DNA of 64,000 nucleotides from Malacoraja senta (Eukaryota). The notes under the pieces were generated by a model. It was not told the origin of the DNA, searched no databases, and was given only the letters and a program-made list of their open reading frames with translations. Every line of letters begins with the position of its first letter. Within the stretch, counting starts at the first letter, position 1. Below, in pieces: positions 14,030-26,300 of this stretch. The stretch lies in assembly GCA_038087875.1 (NCBI GenBank), contig CM075991.1, positions 3,844,001 through 3,908,000 on the forward strand. The letters are read 5' to 3'. A program made the translations under genes and the position numbers.

Positions 14030-14699
14030 ATCTTCATGAATTAACATTAATTAATGTGACTCTGACTTCTTTGTGGTGGGGTGGGGTTTGGTCATGAACG
14101 CACAATTTTACACAATTTTGCTGCCCTTGTGGCAAGCAACAAGATAAATAGTGAACCAATGGGTTTTGATTGAAATAGCTGAAAATAGAACAGTAAGCAC
14201 AGGAACAGGCCCTTCAGCCCACTTTTTTTTTGCCGAACATTATGATTACTGAACTGATCTCATCTGCCTGCCATGTGATTCATATCCTTCTATCCTGCAC
14301 TTCCATGTGCCTATCTAAAAAATATTTTAAATGCCATTATTGTATCTGCCTCTACCACCCTTTGCTTATAATTTAAAAAAATCTTGCCCTGCATATCTCC
14401 ATTAAACAGTCTCCCCCCCCCCCCCCCCCCCCCTCAACTATTGAACTATGTCCTCTAGTATTGGATATTTCCACTCCGGGGATTTAGGTTCTGACTGTCT
14501 ACCCTATCTATGCTTCTCATCATTTTATATCCTATCAAGTCTCCACTCAACGTCTCCACTGGACGTTCCAGAGAAAACAATCCAAGTACGACCAATGTGG
14601 CTGAATCCCTCAAAACCCAGGCACCATTTGCCATCTTTACCATCCTGGACCAAGATAGAGTGAAAAACTTTGTATGCTATCCAGTGAAATAATACCATA

Positions 14700-14985
14700 C
14701 AATCGGTGAGACCAAGCGTAGGCTTGGCGATCGCTTCACCGAACACCTCAGCTCGGTTCGCAATAACCAACCTGATCTCCTGGTGGCTCAGCACTTTAAC
14801 TCCCCTTCCCATTCTGAACTGACCTTTCTGTCCTGGGCCTCCTCCATGGTCAGAGTGAGGACCATCGGAAATTGGAGGCGCAGCACCTCTTATTCTGCTT
14901 GGGCAGTTTGTACCCCAGCGGTATGAATATTGATTTCTCTAATTTCAGGTAGTCCTTCCTGTCTCCTCCCCTTCTCAGCTCTCCC
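14700..14985 (+). mobile_element. Penelope-like element, GIY-YIG endonuclease C-terminal fragment
   Basis: IGETKRRLGDRFTEHLSSVRNNQPDLLVAQHFNSPSHS. Confidence 0.85.
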
Positions 14986-15917
14986 TGTAGCCCTTTAATT
15001 CTAAGGCTAAGACCTCTAATCCAAGACACTCCCACATTCTTGAAAACCTCCTCTGGACCCTCTCCAGAGCCAGCACATCCTTCCTCAGATATGGTGCCCA
15101 CAATTGCTCACAATATTCCAAATGCGGCCTAATCAGTGCCTTATAGGTATTACATACCTGTTTTTGTATACTAGCCCGCTCGAAATAAATGCTAGCATTG
15201 CATTTGCTTTCTTTACTACCGATTTGACTTGCAGATTTATTCTGCAGAGATGCTGCCTGACCTGCTGAGTTACTCCAGCTTTTTGTGTGTCTTCAGCTAA
15301 AAAACATCTGCAGTTCCTCCCTACACATTCATGCTTTTATTTCCTCTTGATTTTCCCAGTGCCTCCCAGCTTCCATCTTACATGAGCACGTCCAATATGA
15401 CAGGGGCATATCCCAATGCAGGCCAAGCCCAATTCACCCATCACTCTTGGACTTGTTCCCCAGCATCAGTTTATCATTAAGCAATGCCTCAACCTTAATA
15501 TTTACTATGTTAGTTTCAAAACTATTCCAGCTTCCCTTCTTCTCGCTGTTGTAACCTCCAGATTTACAAACTATTATGGGATGGTACAGTGGTGCGGAGT
15601 AGAGCGCTGCCTCACAGCACCAGAGACCTAATTTCAATCCTGACCTCGGGTGCTGTATGTGTGAGGTTTGCACGTTCTCCCTGTGACAGCATGGGTTTCA
15701 TCCGGGTGCTCCGGTTTCCTCCCACATCCTATAGATTTGTAGGTTAATTAGCCTCTAAATTGCACCCAGCGTGTAGGAAATCGATGTGAAAATGGAATAA
15801 AATATAAATGATGTGGATGGGCATTTGATAGTTTGCGTGAAGGTGGGCTGAAGGTCATGTTTTCATGCTGTGCCTTTCAATCAATTAATTTCAAGAGAGA
15901 GTTACACAGTAGCTCTA

Positions 15918-16637
15918 AAGGGGATGCCCCGCTTGGGTGACCTAATCCGCGAGTTCAGAAGAGTGTCTTCGACCTTCAAGCTCGAGGGCACTCGCCTGGA
16001 ACGCCTCTCGCTGGATCGACCGTCCGCATTGAAACCACGAGCTGGATCGACCGACCACACACACACACACACACACACACATTGCAAAGGCGGGGGCCAG
16101 GGAAAGCGCGGGAGCGCTGTCTGAAACTCACACCCGTGATGAAGAAGGTAAAACGGCTGCACAGTCACGGTAAGTCCTTTAGAGAGCGCCGGGGGGGGGG
16201 GGGGTGGAGAGGAGTGGGGAGGAGTGGAGCCACTTTTCAGAAGTATAATAAAGTTTAGTGGGCATTTTACCTGCCAGTAGGTCTTCCTAGGTCCTGAAAA
16301 CTCCAATGAGCCAATCAAAATGGCCGGTCAGCGAAAGAGATTGCCTACGGCTGCCCTCGACTGCCTGTAACTAAATAGCGACCCCACTCCACTGCACTAC
16401 GAGTTAAAAAGACCCATGCCGACCAAATTTTACTCGCGGAAAATTCTTCAACATGCTGAAAATCTCCCCCCGACCTAGATGAGGCCACGAGTATTTGGGA
16501 ACTTCCCTCGAGCATGAAGGAGAGTTCCAGCGACCTCATAGGACCTCATAGGACCACGTGTCGACCATGCTGCGAGTTTCAAGGTCGAAGACTCTTCTAA
16601 ACTCGCAGATTATGTCGCCCAAGTGGGACAGCCCCTT
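15918..16637. mobile_element. MITE with ~60-bp TIRs (AAGGG...CCCTT), flanked by TA
   Basis: Left aagggatgccccgcttgggtgacctaatccgcgagttcagaagag versus right reverse complement aaggggctgtcccacttgggcgacataatctgcgagtttagaagag. Confidence 0.8.
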
Positions 16638-16853
16638 TACGGAATCAAGGGATATGGGGAGAAAGCAGGACTAGCTCGAAGATGCCGAATGGCCTGCTCC
16701 TGTACCTATTAGTGTGTCTATGTTTCTAATTCAATCTTCAGATCTTTGGAGATTATGACGCTGAAGGGTCCCGACCCGAAACCTGATCCATCCTTTTTCT
16801 CCAATGATGCTGCCTGACCCGTTGAGTTGCTCCAGCGCTTTGAGTCTATCTTT

Positions 16854-16907
16854 GGGGCGGAAGATTGCAACCTTCACGTGGCCCGCCCTGTTTCGACTAA
16901 TGCAATC
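16854..16907 (+). ncRNA. Minimal HDV-like self-cleaving ribozyme (predicted), copy 1
   Basis: P1 GGGGCGG/CCGCCCU with G1-U wobble, P2 GAUUGCA/UGCAAUC, P3 ACC/GGC, L3 UUCACGU, P1.1 G, J4/2 CUAA. Confidence 0.75.
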
Positions 16908-16994
16908 AACTCGACGTGCACAAACGGAAGATCAAATAGAACAAGTTGTCCAACAACTTTAGGCTGTGCACGCCACACGAAAGAAGAAGAAGAA
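16854..16994 (+). mobile_element. Short ribozyme-headed retroposon (SINE-like), copy 1
   Basis: (GAA)n tail; TSD gagtctatctttgg (16842-16855 / 16995-17008); homologous to 50504-50648. Confidence 0.85.
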
Positions 16995-17224
16995 GAGTCT
17001 ATCTTTGGCATAAACCAACATTTGCAGTTCTTTGTTTCTGCTGTCAAGCTTGATGGGGGCCAGCAGAGTCTGAAGAAAGGTGAAATATCACCTATCCATG
17101 TTCTGCAGAGATGCTGCCTGGCCCACTGTGTTACTCCAGCACTTTATGTCAAGCAAAGAGCCTAGTATCTATGATGTCAAGCTTGCTATAGGATCTTTGC
17201 TTTATGTCCTTTTGCTGGAAGCCA

Positions 17225-17457
17225 CTCAGCCCCAGCCAGAGGTGGCGATGTAGGGGGAGTCGGTTTCAAGTCCCCGCTTGCAGGTTCCAATGCGTTGGTC
17301 TACCGCGCCGCCGCAGTAGGAGGAGATTGTAACAAGTGGAGCAGCTGTAACAAACCGCAGTGTATCTATTCCCGGGCTGACATTGGGATAGATCCGCACC
17401 TTTCCCTCGTTCACGACGGCAGATCCCAACCCGTGTGGCTGACAGAGAATATCATCA
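17225..17457 (+). promoter_or_regulatory. Putative R3HCC1 promoter and non-coding first exon
   Basis: CpG-enriched non-repeat segment ending in donor ca|gtgagt at 17457/17458, upstream of the CUG-start exon. Confidence 0.45.
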
Positions 17458-19454
17458 GTGAGTTATAAATTACAATCGATTATGTTTCAATATTTACACA
17501 TTCTTGCAAATATCAACGAGGAGGGTTTTGTTATTGGCGCTGAGACACGGGGGTGGTAAGCTGGTCACCTTTGTGGATACGTAGATGTATTCAGTCTGAA
17601 GAAGGGTCCCGATCCTAATTCTCGCCTATCGGTGTTCACCAGAGATGCTGCCAGGCCCACTGAGTTACTGCAGCATTCTGTGTCTTTCTTTTGTAAATCT
17701 CCAGTTCTTTGTTTCTGTATTCAAGGAAGCATTGTTTGTGAAATGTCTTTGCCTCGTGAGATCTGGCCTCTTGTGGCTCAGTCAGTGTTACCTTTTATTC
17801 ATTCCATATGCCCAGAAGCGAGCACATTGCCCATAGTGGTCTTATGGGACTTCTAAGGGAAAAAAGACACAAAGTGCTGGTCGTTCAGCGGGTCCGGCAA
17901 CATCTCTGGAGAACACGGATAAGTGACATTTTGGTTTGGGGCCCTTCTTCAGACTTGTTTCTGTTCTATTGATTTAGGGGAACTGTGTCTTGTCTCCTGG
18001 GGTGGCTTTTCTGATGAGGAGCAATGCAGTCAAGATTCTCTGGAGAAGGGTGCCCAACCCAAAACGTCACCTGTCCATGTTCTCCAGAGATGCTGCCTGA
18101 CCCACTGATTTACTCCAGCACTTTGTGAACTTCTGCGTAAACCACAATCTGCAGTTCCTTGTTTCTAATCTTCCCTGGAGCACTAATCATCGTTGTCTAA
18201 AATGCAGTGGTAGGGTCTTTGTTTGTATGGTTGGTTAATTGCCTATTTAAATTATTGCAAATGGGAATTGATGGGTTTGTTTGAGAATGAATCCCTTGCA
18301 GTGGCTCAGAAAAATAAGGAAGGTACAAGGAACTGCAGATGTTAGAATCTTGAGCAAAATACTGGAGTAACTCAGCATATCAGGCAGTATCTGTGGAGGG
18401 TACACAAAAATGCTGGAGGTAACTCAGCATATCAGGCAGTATCTGTGGAGGGTACACAAAAATGCTGGAGAAACTCAGCGGGTGCAGCAGCATCTATGGA
18501 GCAAGGAAATAGGCAACGTTTCGGGCCGAAACCCTTCTGTGGAGGGAATGGATCTGTGGAGGGAATGGATAGGCAACATTTTGGGTTGGTCCCAACCTGA
18601 AACATCACCTATCCCTTCTCTCCACAGATGCTGAAAAGGGAGCTGCAGATGATGGTTTACAAAAAGTGAGACAAAGTATTGGATTATCTCAGCAAGTCAG
18701 GCAGCATCTCTGTCGAACATGGAGAGGTGACATTTTGGGTCAGGATCCTTCTTCAGGCGAATCCGAGATCCTGAATTGAGACGTCTCCTATCAATTCACT
18801 CCACAGATGCTGCCTGACCTGCTGAGATAATCCAGCATTTTGTGTCTTGCTGAGGCAAATAAGGAAATCATGGGGAAATGAAAATATTTATTTAGGAGCT
18901 GACATAGATCTGATCGTCTGAATGGTCTCCATCTTAGTTGTTAGAAGATATGGCTGGGTACCATCACTTACTTGGAGTTGCTATGACTGATAACCTCAGT
19001 GTGTGGTGTGAGAATGTTCCCAAATAATCATCGGAATAAACCAAGCACTTAGAGCGATGCAGTAATACATGGTAGGATACTCACTGGAGTTTCGAAGGAT
19101 GAGAGGGAAATCTCATTGAAACCTACCAATTAATAAAAGACCAAGATAGAGTGAATGTGGAGGGGATGTTTCCATTAATGGGCGAATCTGTGACCAGAGG
19201 GCACAGCCTTTGAATAAAAAGATGTACCTTGAGAACGGAGATGAGGAGGAATATCTTTAGCCAGAGGGTGGTAAATCTGTGGAATTTATTTCCACAGATG
19301 GTGGTGGAGACCAGGTTATTGGCTATTTTTAAAGCGCAGATTGACAAGTTCTTGATTAGTAAAGGTTACGGGGAGAAGGCAGGGGAACGGGATGAAAGGG
19401 GAAAATAAATCAGCCGTGATCAAGTGGTGGAGCAGACTTGATGGGCCTAATACA

Positions 19455-19868
19455 TAGTTACATAGAAAATAGGTGCAGGAGTAGGCCATTCGGCCCTTCG
19501 AGCCTGGCACCGCCATTCAATATGATCATGGCTGATCATCCAACTCAGTATCCCGTACCTGCCTTCTCTCCATACCCCCTGATCCCTTTAGCCACAAGGG
19601 CCACATCTAACTCCCCTCTTAAATATAGCCAATGAACTGGCCTCAACTACCCTCTGTGGCAGAGAGTTCCAGAGATTCACCACTCTCTGTGTGAAAAAGT
19701 TTTTCCTCATCTCGGTCTTAAAGGATTTCCCCCTTATCCTTAAGCTGTGACCCCTTGTCCTGGACTTCCCCAACATCGGGAACAATCTTCCTGCATCTAG
19801 CCTGTCCAAACCCCATAAGAATTTTGTACGTTTCTATAAGATCCCCTCTCAATCTCCTAAATTCTAGT
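19455..19868 (-). mobile_element. CR1 LINE 3' fragment (young)
   Basis: Near-identical reverse complement of ~29770-30180. Confidence 0.9.
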
Positions 19869-20268
19869 GCTTCTATGTCTTATGATCTTATATTGGAACA
19901 GGATGCTTGGTGTTCCTGGTAAGGTATCCGTAATGAAATTTAGAGTTGTACGTTTATTAAAAGCAAAATTCACTTGAATTAGTCATTTGAAGCAAGCTGA
20001 ATTGGGTCAAGATATGGACAAGTGCAAGAGTAACTCAGCGGGTCAGGCACCATCTGTGGTGAAAACGAATAGGTGACGTTTCAGTTGGAACCCTTCTTCA
20101 GACTGGGTTCAGGCAGGTCTTCTGTTTTTTTCTCACACATTGGATCAAGATATATTTCATCAATAATTAAAATGTTTTCCCTCCTTGTGCAGGGTTTGGA
20201 CTTTGCTCTGTTTCCTGCAGTCTGTCTTTTCAACGTTCTGTGGCCGCCGTGTTAGACATTGGCTCAAA

Positions 20269-20383
20269 CTGGCGCTGTTCCGTCTGGATGGAGTTTACCT
20301 CTCCAAGCAAGAGGCAGAATTTGCAGATAAAATATCCGAAGAGCTGAATGCCTTCTTTCACAAGCCGTTCATGATCCAAAAAA
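20269..20383 (+). CDS. R3HCC1: R3HCC1 first coding exon (CUG start)
   Basis: (L)ALFRLDGVYLSKQEAEFADKISEELNAF; |gtaag donor; likely acceptor at 20255/20256. Confidence 0.85.
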
Positions 20384-23300
20384 GTAAGCAGACCACGTTT
20401 TGCTGTCACATTTCTGTCTTAGCCTGAAAATGTAAAGAGATGAAATTGATGGGGGCGTGTTTTGTATGTGGGGGTTGCTTGTACGGTTCATGTCACACAG
20501 TGTAATGCAGGGTGGCTGTGCAATGCGCCTGCTCCTTGGACCATTGACATTGGGAGGTGCAGCTGTCTTGTTGGGGTACAATATCCAAGGAACAGCTCAC
20601 TTCTACTTGACTTTCAACTGTAGCCCATTGTTCAGTGAGCTAGGCACTTCGTGGTCAGCACGGACACGCTAGAATTTAGAAGATTGAGGGGGGATCTTAT
20701 AGAAACTTACAAAATTCTTAAGGGGTTGGACAGGCTAGATGCCAGGAAGATTATTCCCGATGTTGGGGAAGTCCAGAACAAGGGGTCACAGTTTAAGGAT
20801 AAGGGGGAAGGTCTTTTAGGACCGAGAAAATCATTTTTTACACAGAGAGTGGTGAATCTGTGGAATTCTCTGCCACAGAAGGTAGTTGAGGCCAGTTCAT
20901 TGGCTATATTTAAGAGGGAGTTAGATGTGGCCCTTGTGGCTAAAGGGATCAGGGGTATGGAGAGAAGGCAGGTACAGGATACTGAGTTGGATGATCAGCC
21001 ACGATCATATTGAATGGCGGTGCAGGCTCGAAGGGCCAAATGGCCTACTCTGTACCTATTTTCTATGAATGATGAGTCACCAAGAAACACTGTTCTAGAG
21101 TAACTCAGTAGGTCAGGCAGCATCTCTTGAGAGAATAGATGGGTCAGTGCTGTTTGTGGGAGCTTGCTGTGCATAAATCAGCTACCACTTTTCTTGCATC
21201 TCAAATGATGTCTTATTAGGCGAGGTAGTCAACGATGCTGTAAAAAAATGTACAAACAAGGAGCTGCAGGTGCTGGTTTACAAATAAAAACAGTGCTGGA
21301 CTAACTCAGCGGGTCAGGCAGCATCTCTGGAGAACATGGATAGATGACATTTCAGGTTGGGACCCAAAACGTCACCTATCCATGTTCTCCTGAGATGCTG
21401 CCTGATCCGCTGAGTTACTCCAGCACTTTGGGTCTTTTTTTTATGGACATGTCGGTCTTTCTTTCCAAGTTGTTGTTTGTTAAGTTTTCCCTCTGTCTGC
21501 AGGGTGCTGCTATTCCCACCATTGCCAAGTCGTTTGCGTTACCTGATACATCGGATTGTGGAAAACTTTGGACACTCTGAGTAGCTTCTCAGTTGGGGAA
21601 GGAGATGGGCGGAGGACTGCTGTATGCCTGGTTGAAATGAGGTGAGCCATAGGGACTGAGGGGAATACTTGGGTCACCTCCGTTCAACTGATCTCTTTGT
21701 TCCTCTGTGCCTTGCAGATTCTGATTTGTAACTTCCTGAAGAATGCTGTGAAATGGTTTAGTTTAGTTACAGCATGGATACAGGCCCTTCGGCCCACTGA
21801 GTCCGCACTGGCCAGCGATCCCCGATGGATATATTTCCATCCTGTATCTTTAAACTAAAAAAAAACTTTTAAGGTTACTGATAGGATTTATAGGGTAGTT
21901 GAGGATAATAAGAAATCCCCCAGGGGTGGTGTGATTTGGTACTTGTAGTCTAAAAGAGTGGCTGATGCATGTGTAGGAAGGAACTGCAGATGCTCGTTTA
22001 AACCGAAGATAGACACAAAATGGTGGAGTAACACAGCGGAAAATGTCCTCAAAATGTCTAGAATCTCAACAATGATTGATCTTACTCGGGACATTAATTG
22101 ACTGAGCATCTACAGTCATGTGGGGTCGAGGTTACCAGAGACTCACAAACCCTACAAAACAAATTTCTCCACATCTCAGCCCTATTATGGTTACCACCGT
22201 TCCATTTTACATGTTGATTAACCTGACTTCTCAGCTACATCAAAAGGTTTAACGTGTAGCCTGGGGAGATTGTCCATTCTGTCTAGATTTTTGGCTCAAA
22301 TAACATACAAGCCGTCTATAAATGTTGCTTGAAACATGAGATGATTTGCTCGTGAAGTGCTCCTGTCGCACAAGGGAACTATTGGCAGTATAAGCATGCA
22401 CCCATCGCATCACATATTCTCCATCCTGCCATCTGGGAAGAGGTACCGGAGCATTAGGTGCAAAACCAGCAGGATGCTCCTCAGCTTCTTCCCGCAGGTT
22501 ATAAGACTGATAAACGGACTTTGTCCCCTGCCAAAGTATCGTGCACCAACCACCAACCTGGACACACTGCAGCAGAGCCACTGTCGTGCCGCTGCCGATC
22601 GGAACGCCTGTTGATGTTTAGTAGAGTAGAGTGTTAATTTGTTCATGATATATGTATTTTTACTTCTATTTATTTTTTACTGCACACTGAAATGGACACT
22701 GGTTGTGGAACGTTTTTTTGTTTCCTCTGGGTATGCGAATACTCAGGAAATGACAATAAAGATATACAATACAATACAATACAATACTGATGATACAAGT
22801 GGGGTCAGCCACAGAGGGAAGTTCAGATGGGAGTATTTAATTTTCCAGATGCATATATATATATATTAACAGATTGTTGTTTTTCAAATCCCTACACTTG
22901 TCAGGGCACAGGCTCTGGATGAGAACGAGAGCAGTGTGAGTAAACAATGGAAAAACAAAGATGAGTTGACAGAGACGTGCGGACCTCTTCATGATGGGGC
23001 TTCAAGGAACCCAAACCTTGCTCCTGGCAACGACACATCTTGGAACAAGCCTGACAAAGCCAACCATGCGCATTGCCACAACAGGGGGGAGATGAGAAGA
23101 GATGCCAGGTTCAATTACAAAAGGGATGGAAGGTACAGGCAACCCAAAAGCAGCTGGAGCAAGGATGGAAGAGAGCCAAGAAGGGCTAAAGAGGAGAGGG
23201 ACCAAACGTCTGGACATGCTTTTGAAGATGAACAGCTCTGCTCGCTCACCGGTGGTAATGTGGTTCATGCAGAGGAGGGGAGGAAATACAAGGTCTCAGA

Positions 23301-26300
23301 CCTGCAGCATGAAGACAACGGCCAAACAAACACACCCACTGAAGACTTGGAAGTTGGTACAACAGTGAATGAAAATCTTGATGAATCAAAAGAAAAGCAA
23401 GGTCCAAGTTCAGATGCTGAGATGAATCACTCGCCTAGTGAGAAAAGAGCAGAGAATAGTCAACCAAAATTGCTGGAAGATGCCAATCCCTTGGTGAAGG
23501 ATGATGATACACCTCACGCATCAGTGCACATGTTAAAGATATCGGAAGCTGTAGGGTCCAGCCCAAAGGCAGAGATTAATCTTCAGTGTGAAGATCAAGC
23601 TGTGAATTGTGACCAGTCTCAGATAAGTAGCATTGTCGACCAGGCTTCTACAGAGAGCGAGCACATCCCGAGCAACATTCCAAGTAACCCGGAGAAGAGT
23701 AACAACGTTGACAATGAGATGGACTTGTTGAAGACTGGCGATTCCAAGGCAGAGGAAGAGGTTGGAGTGAAGACTGAGGATATTGGTGAACATCCTCAAA
23801 ATCCCAATGGAGATCTGCTCAAAGAGGTAACATATTTCTGCGGGGAATATTTCAGAATCTAAATGTGCAGTAGGAAAACTTGGAGCCGTAACCAATTGGT
23901 ATAATCCTCAACTCTTAAATTTATTGTAAATTTGATTCACACAAAGGGTTGTGGGTGCATGGAACAAGCTGCCAGAGGAGGTAGTAAGAAGCAGTTAGAC
24001 AGGTACATGGATAGGACAGGTTTGGAGGGATATGTACCAAATGCTGGGGGTAGGACAAGTGCAGCTGGGACATGTTGGCGGGTGTGAGCATTTTGGGCAG
24101 AAGGGCCGGTTTCCACACTGTATCACTCTATGACTCTATTCCAAGTTTGAAAACAGTTCCATTTTGTTGAATTTATAATTTTTTTGGAAGGTTTAAATGG
24201 AATCAATTGCACGTTGAAGGAGAAAATTGTGGATACCTGTTGCGAGAGGATATTGGGTGGGACGGGAATTAGAGGTTTTCATTACTATTAATGTGGACAT
24301 GAAATAATGAAAGTGAATATACCTTATTGCTTAATTATTCAATGGCTGAGGTTTATCCATTATAATTATAGTATTCCTTGGGGAAATGTAAACTTGAACG
24401 TTATTGCAGTAATCTAATTCAGTTTGGTCTTTATTTGTCCATTCTTCACTCTTGTATCTATCTTTCCACTTACTAAACGTAGCAATCCAATTTTTCCATA
24501 ATTACCTATTTTCTTTGTTCCTACTTCTACTTTGCCAAGCTAATTCCTCACTCGTTTTTAGTGCAGGGATTAATTGCAGGAATTGTTTTGTGGTGCCCTA
24601 TCTCCCCCTAGGCAACGATACCTGGAACAAGGACTGGGCTTCAATACTTGGAATGGAAAACTGCTTTGTCCTCTGAGCATCCCATCAGTAATACTGCCAG
24701 TTCCATGGGATTGCTTCACTATTGTTGCTTTGGATAAAGCACCATTCACAGTACAGGAGCATTAATGTCCTCCCCAAAATGCTCTCCGAAAGACGGTTCC
24801 TGGTAGACTCTGTGAAGCTTTACAAACCATGTGGTGAAAGTATTGCCTTGGCAATGTGGGCTAGAGACTTTCAAGATTTTAATCTAATCAGGATGGTTGC
24901 GATTTGGTGGTGGTAGTGTTCTTTTGCACCAGCTGCCCTTATTTCAAGTGGGAAGCGGTTTGATATCTTGTCAGGTAGTTTATCAACAAAAAGTCATAGA
25001 AAGGATGTTAAAGCCTTAGAGGAGCTCCAGAAACTATTTATGAGAATTGTTCTTAGAATGATGAAGTATTATGAAACGGTGAATCAGAAAGGCTGGGATT
25101 ATCTTCTTTAGACAAGCGTTGGGGGGAGACTAATGAGGAATATTGACAGAGTGAACAGGGGGAAATGTTATCTTTGAATGTGTTGAAGACTGGAGATCCA
25201 AGTTATAACATAAAGGGGGAAAATAATTTAGAGCAAGGTGAGGAGAGTCTCGCATGTGGTTGGAATTTGAAATGCACTGCCAAATAGGTGGGGGGTGCAT
25301 TTTTTACTGTAACATTCAAGAGGTACATGGAATGCTACAAGAAAAGACCAGCGGTGGAACTAGTGAGTTTCCCTGGCTGGAACACAGTGGGTCAAATGAC
25401 CACCTACTGGACTGTAACCTGGATCCTGTGATTTTGATATTAGGTATAAATAAAGTTGAGGTGAAGATCAGCAGTGGATCATGGAAAATGCTTGAATAGT
25501 TAGAAAATATTGTTCCCAATCAGTGCAGATTAAATGCAGGTTCTTCTGGTTGGATGCGAACTATATTTCTGTGTTCTTAAGTCAAATTTTTGATTGATTC
25601 AGCTTTCGTCCTGCGTCTGGGAGAGCAACATCAGCATTGAATACCCTCAGTCTGACTATTCCACTTACCTCTTGGGGGAACCACAGACATATGATGTGGA
25701 TTTTGGACACATCATTGAAATTTATGACTTCCCACCACACGTGAAAACCGAAGACATTCAAGAGGCATTTGCCAGCTTTCGGTAAGTACTGAGATCCACT
25801 CTTGACGTTTCTTCACTGAGTCCAGGCAGGAGTATCGTCGTGGAAGTAAAGAAATTGGTCAACAATTGAGATTAAATGAGCACAATCACAGCTGCCAACA
25901 TGTCCCATTCCTGCCGCAGTACAACGTTCCACCACCAACTAATCATACCTCCAAAGCAGACACGTGCCGTGAGTAATTAGTCAGGGTAGGCAGTGGCTTT
26001 AAAAAATCTTGAAAACCGCGCATGCGCAGGTTGTTCTCTCGACTTTTATCAAGTAATTTCTCTTCAATCGGTCCTATCTCTTACTAAAGTATTTAAAAAC
26101 ATATAGCTCAAAGAAATTTACTTACCATATTATTTGTACACGAAATCCATTCTTCTCTCTTTGTTTCCTGTTGTACCAAGCTGTTTTAAATGTTCTAATT
26201 ATTTTTGTTCCTTTGCGCTGTTGAAGTTCTTTAAGGTCCGGCGTTGGTCTGCCATTTTCAATTATTTTGGTCTTTTCCTCGTAAGTTTGCTTCGAGAAAC

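Noticed and set aside
21544..21546. In-frame TGA in a Cys-rich shifted frame as possible selenocysteine or readthrough
   Set aside because: The conserved R3H peptide is encoded in the other frame and I recognised no SECIS; an indel explanation is simpler.
22936..23862. 308-aa ORF as a stand-alone novel gene
   Set aside because: It is bounded by splice sites in phase with R3HCC1 exons, so it is an internal exon.
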